Assembly (NCBI GenBank): GCA_002269645.1
Contig: NIVC01004211.1
Coordinates: 1 to 54,849, forward strand
Direction: 5' to 3'
DNA: 54,849 bases
Origin: Macrostomum lignano
Lineage: Eukaryota
Shown: positions 12,316 to 24,737 of the stretch, piece after piece
Numbering within the stretch: position 1 is the stretch's first letter
Layout of the letters: the number at the start of each line of letters is the position of its first letter
The notes under the pieces: model-generated
The model's database searches: none
The model's input: only the letters and a program-made list of their open reading frames with translations
Told to the model about the DNA's origin: nothing
Translations under genes and position numbers: made by a program

Positions 12316-15300
12316 ATGATGCAGACGAGCATCTCGCTGTGCAAAATTGGTTGCGCAATCGTTCTTGTTTTGATCATGCTGTCAAGGACTGTGAGTATTA
12401 TTGCATAGTTAAATATTTTGTATAACTACATGACATGTTTTACACAAACTTTACTACCTGTAACTGCAACACAACCTGTACTGTAGACATACTACTGTAA
12501 CTGCAGCACACCTGTACCCAGAGCCATACTGTAGACATACTACTGTAACTGTACCACACCTGTACCCAGAGACATACTGTAGACATACTACTGTAACTGT
12601 ACCACACCTGTACCCAGAGACATACTGTAGACATACTACTGTAACTGCAGCACACCTGTACCCATTGACATACTGTAGACATACTACTGTAACTGCAGCA
12701 CACCTGCACCCAGAGACATACTGTAGGCATACTACTGTAACTGCAGCACACCTGCACCCAGAGACATACTGTAGACATACTACTGTAACTGCAGCACACC
12801 TGCACCCAGAGACATACTGTAGACATACTGTTGTAACTGCAGCACACCTGTACCCATTGACATACTGTAGACATTCTACTGTAACTGCAGCACACCTGTA
12901 CCCAGAGACATACTGTAGACATACTACTGTAACTGCAGCACACCTGTACCCAGAGACATACTGTAGGCATACTACTGTAACTGCAGCACACCTGTACCCA
13001 TTGACATACTGTAGACATACTACTGTAACTGCAGCACACCTGCACCCAGAGACATACTGTAGGCATACTACTGTAACTGCAGCACACCTGCACCCAGAGA
13101 CATACTGTAGACATACTACTGTAACTGCAGCACACCTGTACCCAGAGACATACTGTAGACATACTACTGTAACTGCAGCACACCTGTACCCATTGACATA
13201 CTGTAGACATACTACTGTAACTGCAGCACACCTGCACCCAGAGACATACTGTAGGTATACTACTGTAACTGCAGCACACCTGTACCCATTGACATACTGT
13301 AGACATACTACTGTAACTGCAGCACACCTGCACCCAGAGACATACTGTAGGCATACTACTGTAACTGCAGCACACCTGCACCCAGAGACATACTGTAGAC
13401 ATACTACTGTAACTGCAGCACACCTGCACCCAGAGACATACTGTAGACATACTACTGTAACTGCAGCACACCTGTACCCAGAGACATACTGTAGACATAC
13501 TACTGTAACTGCAGCACACCTGTACCCAGAGACATACTGTAGACATACTACTGTAACTGCAGCACACCTGTACCCAGAGACATACTGTAGGTATACTACT
13601 GTAACTGCAGCACACCTGTACCCATTGACATACAGTAGACATACTACTGTGACTGCAGCACACCTGCACCCAGAGACATACTGTAGGCATACTACTGTAA
13701 CTGCAGCACACCTGTACCCAGAGACATACTGTAGACATACTACTGTAACTGTACCACACCTGTACCCAGAGACATACTGTAGACATACTACTGTAACTGC
13801 AGCACACCTGTACCCAGAGACATACTGTAGGTATACTACTGTAACTGCAGCACACCTGTACCCATTGACATACTGTAGACATACTACTGTAACTGCAGCA
13901 CACCTGCACCCAGAGACATACTGTAGGCATACTACTGTAACTGCAGCACACCTGTACCCAGAGACATACTGTAGACATACTACTGTAACTGCAGCACACC
14001 TGTACCCATTGACATACTGTAGGCATACTACTGTAACTGCAGCACACCTGTACCCATTGACATACTGTAGACATACTACTGTAACTGCAGCACACCTGTA
14101 CCCAGAGACATACTGTAGACATACTACTGTAACTGCAGCACACCTGTACCCATTGACATACTGTAGGCATACTACTGTAACTGCAGCACACCTGTACCCA
14201 TTGACATACTGTAGACATACTACTGTAACTGTACCACACCTGTACCCAGAGACATACTGTAGGCATACTACTGTAACTGCAGCACACCTGCACCCATTGA
14301 CATACTGTAGACATACTACTGTAACTGCAGCACACCTGTACCCAGAGACATACTGTAGACATACTACTGTAACTGCAGCACACCTGTACCCAGAGACATA
14401 CTGTAGACATACTACTGTAACTGCAGCACACCTGTACCCAGAGACATACTGTAGGTATACTACTGTAACTGCAGCACACCTGCACCCAGAGACATACTGT
14501 AGACATACTACTGTAACTGCAGCACACCTGTACCCAGAGACATACTGTAGACATACTACTGTAACTGCAGCACACCTGTACCCATTGACATACTGTAGGC
14601 ATACTACTGTAACTGCAGCACACCTGTACCCATTGACATACTGTAGACATACTACTGTAACTGCAGCACACCTGTACCCAGAGACATACTGTAGACATAC
14701 TACTGTAACTGCAGCACACCTGTACCCAGAGACATACTGTAGGCATACTACTGTAACTGCAGCACACCTGTACCCATTGACATACTGTAGACATACTACT
14801 GTAACTGTACCACACCTGTACCCAGAGACATACTGTAGACATACTACTGTAACTGCAGCACACCTGTATCCATAAACATACCGTCACTACAACGTAATAC
14901 ATAACTGGACTAAAATACTAGCCCACCTGTACCTACCTACTCTATACTCAGTAAACAGTCACGCAACACATTCGTCTTTACACAGGCGGCAGGCGCAGGC
15001 TACATGCAGATTCAGTTCTACACCTACAAAAACCACGACAGCCGTTGCCTGGACGGCACCTACTGCGACACGTTCGGCTTCTTCTGGCAGTCACCCTGCG
15101 ACCCGTCATTCAGGCTCGTAGCGGACAGGGCGACACCTGGAGGGTGAGCTCTACGGCTATTTTTAAGCATCTCTTATAGGTGACTATATGCTTCATCTGC
15201 TCTCAATCTTGCAGCAACGGCCTACACGACTATCAACAAGCTGGTGAATACTCAAACACGGATTCCGTCAATTTTGGTAGCAAATTTGGCGACGTCTCAA

Positions 15301-18300
15301 ATCCTGTGCCGATAGCAATGAACTATGAAAACCCGGTGAGACTGTCACAATGAGTATCCTTATTGGCTTTGCAATTGCTGGCGGGCTACACTATATAGCT
15401 TGGGTGAAGAAAGCACTTTCACGAACCCTAAATTCATACCCCATGTCAGCATTTTCCGAAACGGGAAATTCGTTAATTAGAGAGACGGTTTTTCTGTCGG
15501 TACCAAAGTAGAGGCAGAGAAAGGGTGCAGATTTCTCAGGATACAAAAGTCTGGGCTGACCGAAGTCCTCTCCCCATTGCTCTCCTCCAGGGCTACCTGT
15601 ACATCACGGTGATGGTGACGGACAGAGATCCAATTCCTCCAGACGACCCGATGGACACCTTCTCGGCAACTCTGATCGCCAAGAAGAGCGCCACGAAAAT
15701 CAACTTGGAGCTGAGCAATCCGACAACGTCGCACAGACTCATACTAGCCTACTGGTTCAGCTGCTACGACAAGTACTATGGCCAGGATTGCAACACCTTC
15801 TGCGAACCGCACAATGACAATGCCACGGGTCACTATGCTTGTGATTCGAATGGCGGCAAGGTGTGCATGGAAGGTGAGTGGTCTAATTCTTCGAATTTAT
15901 TAGCCCCACGTTATCAATTTGCTGATATTCAACTGATGTTCATCATTGAACTGCAGGTTGGATGGGAGACAGCTGCAAACAGCTGAGGCCCTGCTTGGTC
16001 AGTCCCTGTGAGAACGGCGGTACCTGCTCGGATGTTGGCCGAGTTGCCAACTGCGCATGTCCATCGAACTTCACCGGCAGTCGCTGTGAGACTGACGTCA
16101 ACGAGTGTGCAACTGGTGCAAATCCTTGTCTAAACGGAGGCACCTGTGAAAACACTTTTGGTAGCTACATGTGCATCTGCTCTCCTGGTTTTACTGGCAC
16201 TCACTGTCACCTTGATGTGGACGAGTGCGCTGCTGGAATCTCTAACTGCTCAAACGGTGCTACTTGTGTGAACGGTTTTGGGAATTATTCCTGTAATTGT
16301 AGTCCGGGATTCACAGGTACGTACTGTGACGAGGACTTTGACGAGTGCACGACGTCTCCTTGCGTGAACGGCGGAACCTGTACGAACTCATTCGGGAACT
16401 TTACCTGTCAGTGTAAGCCTGGATATACGGGTGGACTTTGTGACCAGGACGTCGATGAATGCTTGACGTCTCCGTGCGCGAATGGTGGCACCTGTGTGAA
16501 CATTTTTGGAAGCTACACTTGCTTGTGCCTTCCGGGATTCACAGGAAGACTCTGCAACGAGGACGTCAACGAATGCTTGAAGTCGCCTTGCTCAAACGGC
16601 GGCACTTGTACAAACACCTTTGGAAACTTCACCTGTGAGTGTACATCTGGATACACAGGAAGACTCTGCAACGAGGACATCAATGAGTGCTTGAAGTCGC
16701 CTTGCTCAAACGGCGGCACTTGTACAAACACCTTTGGAAACTTCACCTGTGAGTGTACATCTGGATACACAGGAAGACTCTGCAACGAGGACATCAATGA
16801 GTGCTTGAAGTCGCCTTGCTCAAACGGCGGCACTTGTACAAACACCTTTGGAAACTTCACCTGTGAGTGTACATCTGGATACACAGGAAGACTCTGCAAC
16901 GAGGACGTCAATGAGTGCTTGAAATCGCCTTGCTCAAACGGCGGCACTTGTACAAACACCTTTGGAAACTTCACATGTGAGTGTGCTGATGGATATTCAG
17001 GCAGACTTTGTGAACAGGACGTTGATGAGTGCCTAAGCTCACCGTGCTCCAATGGTGGCACCTGCTTGAATAGGCCAGGCAGTTTCAGTTGCAGCTGTCC
17101 ATCGGGACTCACAGGAACTCTGTGCGATCAAGACATCAACGAGTGTCTGTCGCCAGGCACTTGCCTAAACGGAGCCAATTGCACCAACAGTTTTGGTAAC
17201 TTCAGCTGCCAGTGCTCGTCAGGCTTCACTGGACGTCAGTGCGAACTGGACATCGATGAGTGCTTGCAGTCATCGCCCAGATGCGCGAACGGCGGAACCT
17301 GCGCAAACACAGCTGGAGGCTTCAGCTGCCGCTGTCCATCTGGATTCTCTGGTCGCCTGTGCGAGCTCGATGTCGACGAGTGCGCAACTTTGCCTGCGCC
17401 CTGCAAAAACGGCGGAACCTGCGAGAACAGTTTTGGGAACTTTAGCTGCCACTGCTCAAGCGGCTTCTCAGGACAGTTCTGTGACAAGGATGTTGACGAG
17501 TGCTCATTGGATGCTTCACCTTGTCAGAATGGCGGCACTTGTAAGAATAACTTCGGCGGTTTCACCTGTGAATGCCAGCGAGGCTTCAACGGCAGTCGTT
17601 GCCAGGAGACGCTGTGCACCGATGGCTACTGCGCCAACAACGGGACCTGCACCCTGTCAGCTGACAGCGGAGGCATGAAGTGTCTCTGCCTGCCCGCTTT
17701 TAGCGGCAGCCGATGCGAGCTCGGCCCCGACTGGGTGAATTGCAGCGATTCCTCAAACACTTCGGCTGTGTGCCTCAACGGTGGCAGCTGTCAGGTGGCC
17801 CCGACAGGTCGGCATCGATGCAGCTGTGCTCCAGGTTTCTCAGGAGCGGCCTGCGAGCTGCGAGCGGTGGCTGAGTCAGCCGCCAACTCTGGTCTCGATG
17901 CCTGGCAGAAGTCCATCATCGTTTCTAGCGCCTCCGTCGCTGGTTGCGTTCTGCTAGTCGCAGTGGTCGCAGGTGTTGCTCTGGTAAAGAGCGGTCGACT
18001 TTCCAGGTGAGTTTTTTTGCCTCTGCTTAATACTTGCATTGTCCATATTAATGTCAGAGCCGCTGTTTAGCAAAGGGCCACTGCTATTACATGTACGAAC
18101 GTATCATATATGAAGACGTACATTTACCGCGTCGTAAACGTTCAGAACAGCCTTCAGAGGAGTTCTCCGTTATTTTACGCGTTACGAGCGTACGTTTTCC
18201 TGCTATTAATGTTCTTTTGTTGAACAGCGGTCCAGACATTGTTAACTCTAGACATTTATCCCTCAAGAAGTTATTGTTACAATCGGTAGAATTATATTTC

Positions 18301-18731
18301 CAGGCCCACCAGCGGCTCCTCTGCAGGCTCTCCCGAACACTTCGACAACTATGTCTACGCGAATCCGTGAGTTTCCCAAGCAGAAATCTGTGCTGTTTTT
18401 TGTTATACTGTTTTTTCAGGGAAACCTCTTTTTGCTCGGAGGGGAAGCCAAACCAGGAAGCGACAAGGCCTGACGGCCTATCTCAAATTTTTTGCATGTT
18501 TAGGCTCATCCAATTGTTATATTTACACACAGCACGTGGCCGAGGAAAATTTGAGATGAGATTTTTTATTACCTGTTTAATTGGTTATTTATTGTAATCT
18601 TACAGCGCTTCGGATGAGCCGATCTACTCAGACGTGACAGCTTCCAGGTGAGAATACGTAAAGTGCTTATAATCTGACACTGATTTGACAAGTCGATCAG
18701 ATTTCAAACTGTCACCCTATGCAGTGTCTAG
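12316..18731 (+). CDS. Delta/Serrate-like type I membrane protein: signal peptide, C2/MNNL-like domain, DSL domain, 16 EGF repeats, TM helix, short cytoplasmic tail
   Basis: Exons 12316-12390, 14986-15143, 15215-15335, 15591-15873, 15957-18006, 18304-18366, 18606-18647, 18725-18731; all GT-AG and in phase. DSL-like [44 protein letters not shown]; Ca-binding EGFs (D-I/V-N/D-EC); [26 protein letters not shown]. Confidence 0.85.
12470..14875. repeat. 45-bp minisatellite, about 53 copies, filling intron 1 of the DSL gene
   Basis: Unit ACATACTGTAGACATACTACTGTAACTGCAGCACACCTGTACCCAGAG-like; explains the 820-aa and 736-aa pseudo-ORFs with 15-aa period. Confidence 0.97.
16538..16990 (+). repeat. Four near-identical 114-bp coding repeats (EGF6-9)
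   Basis: NED(V/I)[25 protein letters not shown] repeated four times with near-identical DNA. Confidence 0.95.
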
Positions 18732-19226
18732 TAGCCTCAAATGGGATCCTCCATCCAATTCCAGATCCCAGTCGGTGGCTAACGTGAGACCGTAAGTTTG
18801 CTGCTGTTTTAAGACATGCTAAAATTATTTGCTAGGAATCAAAACCCCGGCAGAGTTTTAATTATTCAACACTTTACAGACCTGACATCTACCATCAGTA
18901 TTAACTGCGTGGACAATCAGCACGCCATATTGCAGTCTCTCTTTTGGCGTGCGCAACGAGTACAACGAGCATGTTGTTCTATTTTTAGCATTGACCTCGT
19001 CGCAAGCTGACTTGAATTGCGAAAACAATTAATGAAAAAACACTGCAAGAGACATTTTATATCTGTTGTTTTTTTCAAGTATGGCAACCACGATTTTTAC
19101 AAAAGGTTGTGCGATGATAGTGTAGCTGCAGGGCATGTGGCAAAACAGATGGTGTAAACATGTTTTTGTTATTCTTATGCATTGAATTTTTATAGGCTCA
19201 TCTCACCGCAGCGATAACTAAAAAAA

Positions 19227-20795
19227 AACTAGGCTAGACTTATAACTACCATGAGGTCCTTGTTACATGTACATACTATTCGATTGACACACGATTGAAA
19301 ATTGATGCAAAAGTGTTTGTACGCAAAATCGCATCCAATTTTGTTTGATTTATATCTTATTTATTTTAATTCATTATTCAATCAATTTATTAATTTGAAC
19401 TGCATGTAAGAACTGTTGCATATACTTAACTTTTACCTAGCATCAGGATGGTTATAGAATGGCTCTTTGTGTGATATGCAAGTGCATATTTCTAAAGAAT
19501 ACTCGTATACCGTACTGCTGCGTGTGTTGCAAACGTCTATATTTTCCTGTACATAATGCTATACTAATACTAACACGAGCGTACTACGGACGTACGGTAT
19601 ATGGTTCGGGTCATGTAAGAACTCCATAGACAGTGTCTAGGGTCCATGAGAATTGCCCGCAGACGAATTTGCCCGCCGAGATTTTCCCGCAGTGCTTTTT
19701 TCCTGTAGCGCATTTTGGCCACGCGGCAGATTTTGTCTGCATCGCCTCCCCAATGCAGTAAGTTTTAATAAAGAGATTACCCGATCAAAATGTTTTGATA
19801 GTGAGACTGCATATCAAATGCATTTTGGGGGGGAGGGCAGACAGAATCCAGCTGCCAAATGCGCTGCAGAAAAAAACATCGCGAGCAATTCTCGGCGGGA
19901 AAAAACTCTGAGGGCAATTCTCGGCGGGCAATTCTCGGTGGGCAATTCTCGGCGGGCAATTCTCGGCGGGAAAAAACTCTGCGGGCAATTCTCGGCGGGC
20001 AATTCTCGGTGGGCAATTCTCGGCGGGCAATTCTCGGCGGGCAATTCTCGGCGGGAAAAAACTCTGCGGGCAATTCTCGGCGGGCAATTCTCGGTGAGCA
20101 ATTCTCGGCGGGCAATTCTCGGCGGGAAAAAACTCTGCGGGCAATTCTCGGCGGGCAATTCTCGGCGGGCAATTCTCGGCGGGCAATTCTCGGCGGGCAA
20201 TTCTCGGCGGGCAATTCTCGGCGGGCAATTCTCGGTGGGCAATTCTCGGCGGGCAATTCTCGGTGGGCAATTCTCGGCGGGCAATTCTCGGCGGGCAATT
20301 CTCGGCGGGCAATTCTCGGCCGGCAATTCTCGGCGGGCAATTCTCGGCGGGCAATTCTCGGCGGGAAAAAAACTCTGCGGGCAATTCTCGGCGGGCAATT
20401 CTCGGTGGGCAATTCTCGGTGGGCAATTCTCGGCGGGCAATTCTCGGCGGGCAATTCTCGGCGGGCAATTCTCGGCGGGCAATTCTCGGCGGGCAATTCT
20501 CGGTGGGCAATTCTCGGCGGGCAATTCTCGGCGGGCAATTCTCGGTGGGCAATTCTCGGCGGGCAATTCTCGGTGGGCAATTCTCGGCGGGCAATTCTCG
20601 GCGGGCAATTCTCGGCGGGCAATTCTCGTGCTTTTTTTTTCTAAAACAACTAGGCTAGACTTATAACTACCATGTGGTCCTTGTTACATGTACATACTAT
20701 TCGATTGACACACGATTGAAAATTGAGGCAAAAATGTTTGTACGCAAAATCGCATCCATTTTTTTATTATGTTATTCATTTTAATTCATTATTCA
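19227..20795. repeat. About 150-bp direct repeat (19227-19380 and 20648-20795) bracketing the element
   Basis: AACTAGGCTAGACTTATAACTACCATG...ATTTTAATTCATTATTCA is present twice with few differences. Confidence 0.9.
19645..20630. mobile_element. Foldback/MITE-like element: 16-bp terminal inverted repeat and an internal 14-bp satellite (GCGGGCAATTCTCG)n
   Basis: Left end CATGAGAATTGCCCGC versus reverse complement of right end CACGAGAATTGCCCGC; satellite at ~19880-20630. Confidence 0.6.
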
Positions 20796-21259
20796 TGCAT
20801 ACATATTAAACGTGTTAAAAAGTTGGCTACAAGTACACATGTTACTGCCTATCTCACGCATAAATAAAACTGTCATTTTTGGTAATTATCGTCATTTTCA
20901 TATCATTATTTTTTTCTACGAGCGTACAAGTACAGTAGTGAATAACTAGCTGTTATAATTAATACATAGCTATGCATCCATAATGAACTACCTATATATA
21001 AGCTATACATTGTTATCAACATTACATCTCGCATTTATTTGATTTGCACAGCAGGAAAAAATCGAAAAGGATAAAACTGCCTTTAAGAAAAATATTAAAT
21101 GTAGTTAATTCAATTTGAATTGTGCAAAATCTATCTTTTTTAAAAACCTCAATAATAAAGTGCTAAATTGCATATCAAATTGTACATAATGTGCAGTTTG
21201 ATTAGCACATTTATTTACATAGGAATTATATAAACACCTATAAGCATTTGAATGTACAT

Positions 21260-21982
21260 GTAATGGTTATAGAGAGTGACGTCACTGTCGGCCAGGAAAG
21301 CGCCATTAAAGTACAGCTTGGACTTGCCCGTCACGTCTGAGACGTCAAAGGCGGCAGCCGCCAGTACTCTGTAAAGCTGCTTCAATCGGTCAGCTCGATG
21401 AAGATGCTCACTTTAGGCGTCCTGCTCCCCTCCATGAGCCAGGTGAAGGAGCTGTTGAAGTCGAGGCCCCGCGTGTCCGTCACCCACATCCGCGACGTTG
21501 CGCTGTCCATCCTGGCGCCGTCGCTGGTCCAGGCGACCCCGGCGTGCTCGACGGAGTTCCTCTGGCCGCGGGCGTCGCAGACCAGATTTTCCAGCCGGGG
21601 CCCGCGGTTGCCGACCCACACGGCGGAGAAGTGCCGGTTGGCGACCAGGACGTCCAGCTCGGAGTCCACGAACAGCTCGCAGTCAGCCGGGCTCAGCGTG
21701 GGGTCGTCGAGCGGGCTGCTCAGTCTGAGCAGGTGGCAGACTCGGCTGAACAGGAACAGCGAGCAGGCGGAGCTGCGCCGGTGCCGCTGCACCGGGGAGG
21801 CGGCGGGAGCGGGCAGGGCCCAGGCGGCCAGGCTGAGGCAGGGCCGCCAGAAAGCGGGCAGGTAGGCGGCGGAGGCGGTCGGCGGCAGGACGACAAAGGA
21901 GAGCAGAAAGCAGGCCGCAGCAGCGGGGCTGCGAAGTCTTTGACGATCGACATGTCGATGATCTGCTGCTTCCTGGAGAGAT
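21260..21982 (-). CDS. Unknown protein exon with an N-proximal hydrophobic segment and RHRR site; probable frameshift near 21385
   Basis: Very GC-rich reading frame EAADHRHVDRQRLRSPAAAACFLLSFVVLPP...VQRHRRS...PKVSIFIELTD after a CAG acceptor; coding-like codons continue in a shifted frame (KQLYRVLAAAAFDVSDVTGKSKLYFNGAFLADSDVTLY). Confidence 0.5.
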
Positions 21983-22496
21983 TTTTGCAGAAATTGGAGA
22001 AAGTTTTGTTAATATAGAGCTGCTCCAGACGGACTAATTGATTTTTGAGTGCTGCGATTGTTGAGTCAATGACTGCTTGTTACACTCGGCAGACGGCTCT
22101 AAACTGCATGCTCTGTTGATGGCGTTAAGTAGTCTCTCTGTTTGCTTTTCTGCATTTCTGCATCTAAATGCATATCAGCATTACAGGCGTTTGCCTTGGG
22201 CCTGCGCCCACCCCTCGCCAGCAGCAGGGGGGCTCGCGAGAGTGGCGTCTGCAATCTTCGTACGGGCTGGAGACTCGGACCCGAACGACTTCATCCAGCT
22301 GTTCCAGTGCAGCAGGTGTTGCCGGCTCAGCCGTCAGTGAATGGCGCGGTTGACGGATGACTTCGGGGCAGGCAAGCTTGACCCGTGGAGAGTTTTTGAT
22401 GTCAGCTTTGTGCAGCTGCTCAACACATTGGATGATGGCCAGGACTTCGGATTAAATATCTGGGACATTCTCATCAAGGATATCCTCACCAAAGAT

Positions 22497-22760
22497 TCCT
22501 CATTCCTTACCACAGATTCCTTACCACAGATTCCTTACCACAGATTCCTTACCACAGATTCCTTACCACAGATTCCTCACCACAGATTCCTTACCACAGA
22601 TTCCTTACCACAGATTCCTCACCACAGATTCCTTACCACAGATTTTTTACCACAGATTCCTCACCACAGATTCCTTACCACAGATTCCTTACCACAGATT
22701 TTTTACCACAGATTCCTTACCACAGATTCCTTACCACAGATTCCTTACCACAGATTACCA
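22497..22760. repeat. 14-bp tandem repeat (TTCCTTACCACAGA)n
   Basis: About 18 copies immediately upstream of the LINE endonuclease region. Confidence 0.93.
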
Positions 22761-22779
22761 CATCGAGCCCCAGCCGTAC

Positions 22780-24737
22780 CACAGGGCACGAATTGGGTTG
22801 GGACGCTCAACTGCCGCACGCTCAAGGCCGCCTGGCGGAGACGGGCTCAGGCAAAGCAAGCGCTCGACCTAAGCTGTGACGTCATCGCACTGCAGGAGGT
22901 GTCTATCAAAGCTGATCCAGGGCTTTACTGTGAGGATCTGGGCGCCAGATGGACCCTCTACTACACATCGACGGACCAACGAGGCCGTGGAGGAGTTGGA
23001 GCGCTGGTCGGACCGAGGCTGCAGCAGAGCTGTCGCTGCGTCTCTCTGTCCACTTGTCTGCTCCGGGTCGACGTTCGGCTTTGCGACCGGAACACTCGCC
23101 TGTTCTGCGCGTATGCGCCTCCTGCTACCCAACCTGACGAGGCTCAAGAATTCTTTGAGCATCGATCTCGGCACAGATGGAGGCAACGGCGCAGCGTGAC
23201 ACAGTGATAATCCTAGGAGACCTGAACGCGGTTTCGCGTAGGTCCGAGCGTTCACTGTTCGTCACACCGCGTGAGAACGGCAACACCGGAGCGCTGGAGG
23301 ACTGCCTAGGGAGGCAGGGCATGGTGTCGGCCAACACCCGCTTCCGCAAGCCCCCCCCCCCCCGGCAGGCTCGCAACTTTTGTGGGCTGCAAGCGCAGGC
23401 GGCGGAACGCGCGTGACCGGAACGCGACACGGAGGCAGGCACAGCTCGATCATGTGCTGGTGCGCTTCCGCGAGCGCCGCCGCGTAGTCACTTGCCGCGC
23501 CATTACGCCGCTGGCTCTGCGGTCCGATCATCGACTCCTCGTCTCCGACCTTCGTCTTCGCGATCCGCTCTTACCGTCTGGCGAAGCGGCCACCGCAGCG
23601 CTACTACCACGCGCTCAGGGACGCCAACACGCACAGCCGCATTGCTAGCGCTTCATCACTGTGATCCTGATTGTTATCTTCATAGATTTCAAGAAGGCAT
23701 TCGACTCGGTCGTCAGGTCTGTGCTCCCAAAGGTGCTCCGTGCGTACAACGTGCCAGAGCAGCTGATTTCCGCCATCATGGCGATGTACCATGATACGAA
23801 AGCTGCTTTTTAACACCGGACGGCCTATCGGACTTCTTTGAGACATCCTCCAGGGTGCTTCAAGGAGATACGCTTGCGCCGTTCCTGTTCGTTCTGGTAC
23901 TTGACTAGGTGCTGCGGACCGCTCTTCCTACCAATGACGACGGCTTTCTGTTGCGGCGACACGTGGGTCAACGTCAACCGGAGAGGCGACTCAGCGTGCT
24001 TGGCTACGCCGACGACCTCGCCCTGCTGTCCTCAACTGTCAAGGGCGCCCAGTGACAACTGGACAAGATAGTTGCGGCTGCGGCGAGTGTCGGCCTGGTG
24101 GTCAACTGTCGTGCTCTGCATGCGTGCCGGACGACATCGAAGCTGCGATTTTGTGCCGAGGCGCTGATGGACAGGCGACAGAGCTTCCGCGTTGTCAGCA
24201 GTTCGTCTGCCTCGGCGGTCTGGTTCCCGGCGTCCGCGATCGGATTTGCAGCGTCGCCGCGGGCTTGCCTGGGCTGCCTTTCGTTCTATGAGGACAGTCT
24301 GCAGTCCAGGGCTTACCTGACCGCCAGAGGGCGGCCTAATTGTTCCAGGTGGTGATCGAGACCGTCCTGCTGTACAACGCCGAGACCTGGACGCTGACGG
24401 ATTCGCTTGAGCAACAAGTTGACGCGTCGCACGCTGGCCTGCTGCGCACCGCCTTCAAGATCGGCTTCGTATCGCCGCGCTGGCCTGCAAATGGTCCGTC
24501 CAATTGCGACCTGTTGTGCCGTCGGCGACTCCAGCTGGCAGGCCACATCATCCGTGCCGAGTCGTACTGCCGAGAACCGGTGCAGAGGTGCTGCTAACGC
24601 TACAGGCACCCTACCGACGGGGGCAGGCGCGCACTCGGCGTTTCTTCGACTGCCAGCTGCTGGCTGACGCCGGCGCCCCGGATTACGCCGGCGGCGTGGC
24701 GTTCATTCGCGACCTGGCATTGAGGCGCGAATTATGA
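22780..24737 (+). mobile_element. Decayed, internally deleted non-LTR retrotransposon (APE endonuclease + RT; RTE/CR1-like)
   Basis: APE motifs GTLNCRTL, DVIALQEV, RGGVG, CAYAP, IILGDLNA, LDHVLV, SDHRLL; RT motifs FIDFKKAFDSV, LQGDTLAPFLF, GYADDLALL; several frameshifts and stops. Confidence 0.9.

Noticed and set aside
12470-14875. CRISPR-like regular repeats
   Set aside because: No unique spacers, eukaryotic intron, no cas genes
12440-14902. 820-aa and 736-aa ORFs
   Set aside because: Stop-free frames of a 45-bp intronic minisatellite
19653-20666. Cluster of 260-337 aa ORFs on both strands
   Set aside because: Produced by the 14-bp satellite
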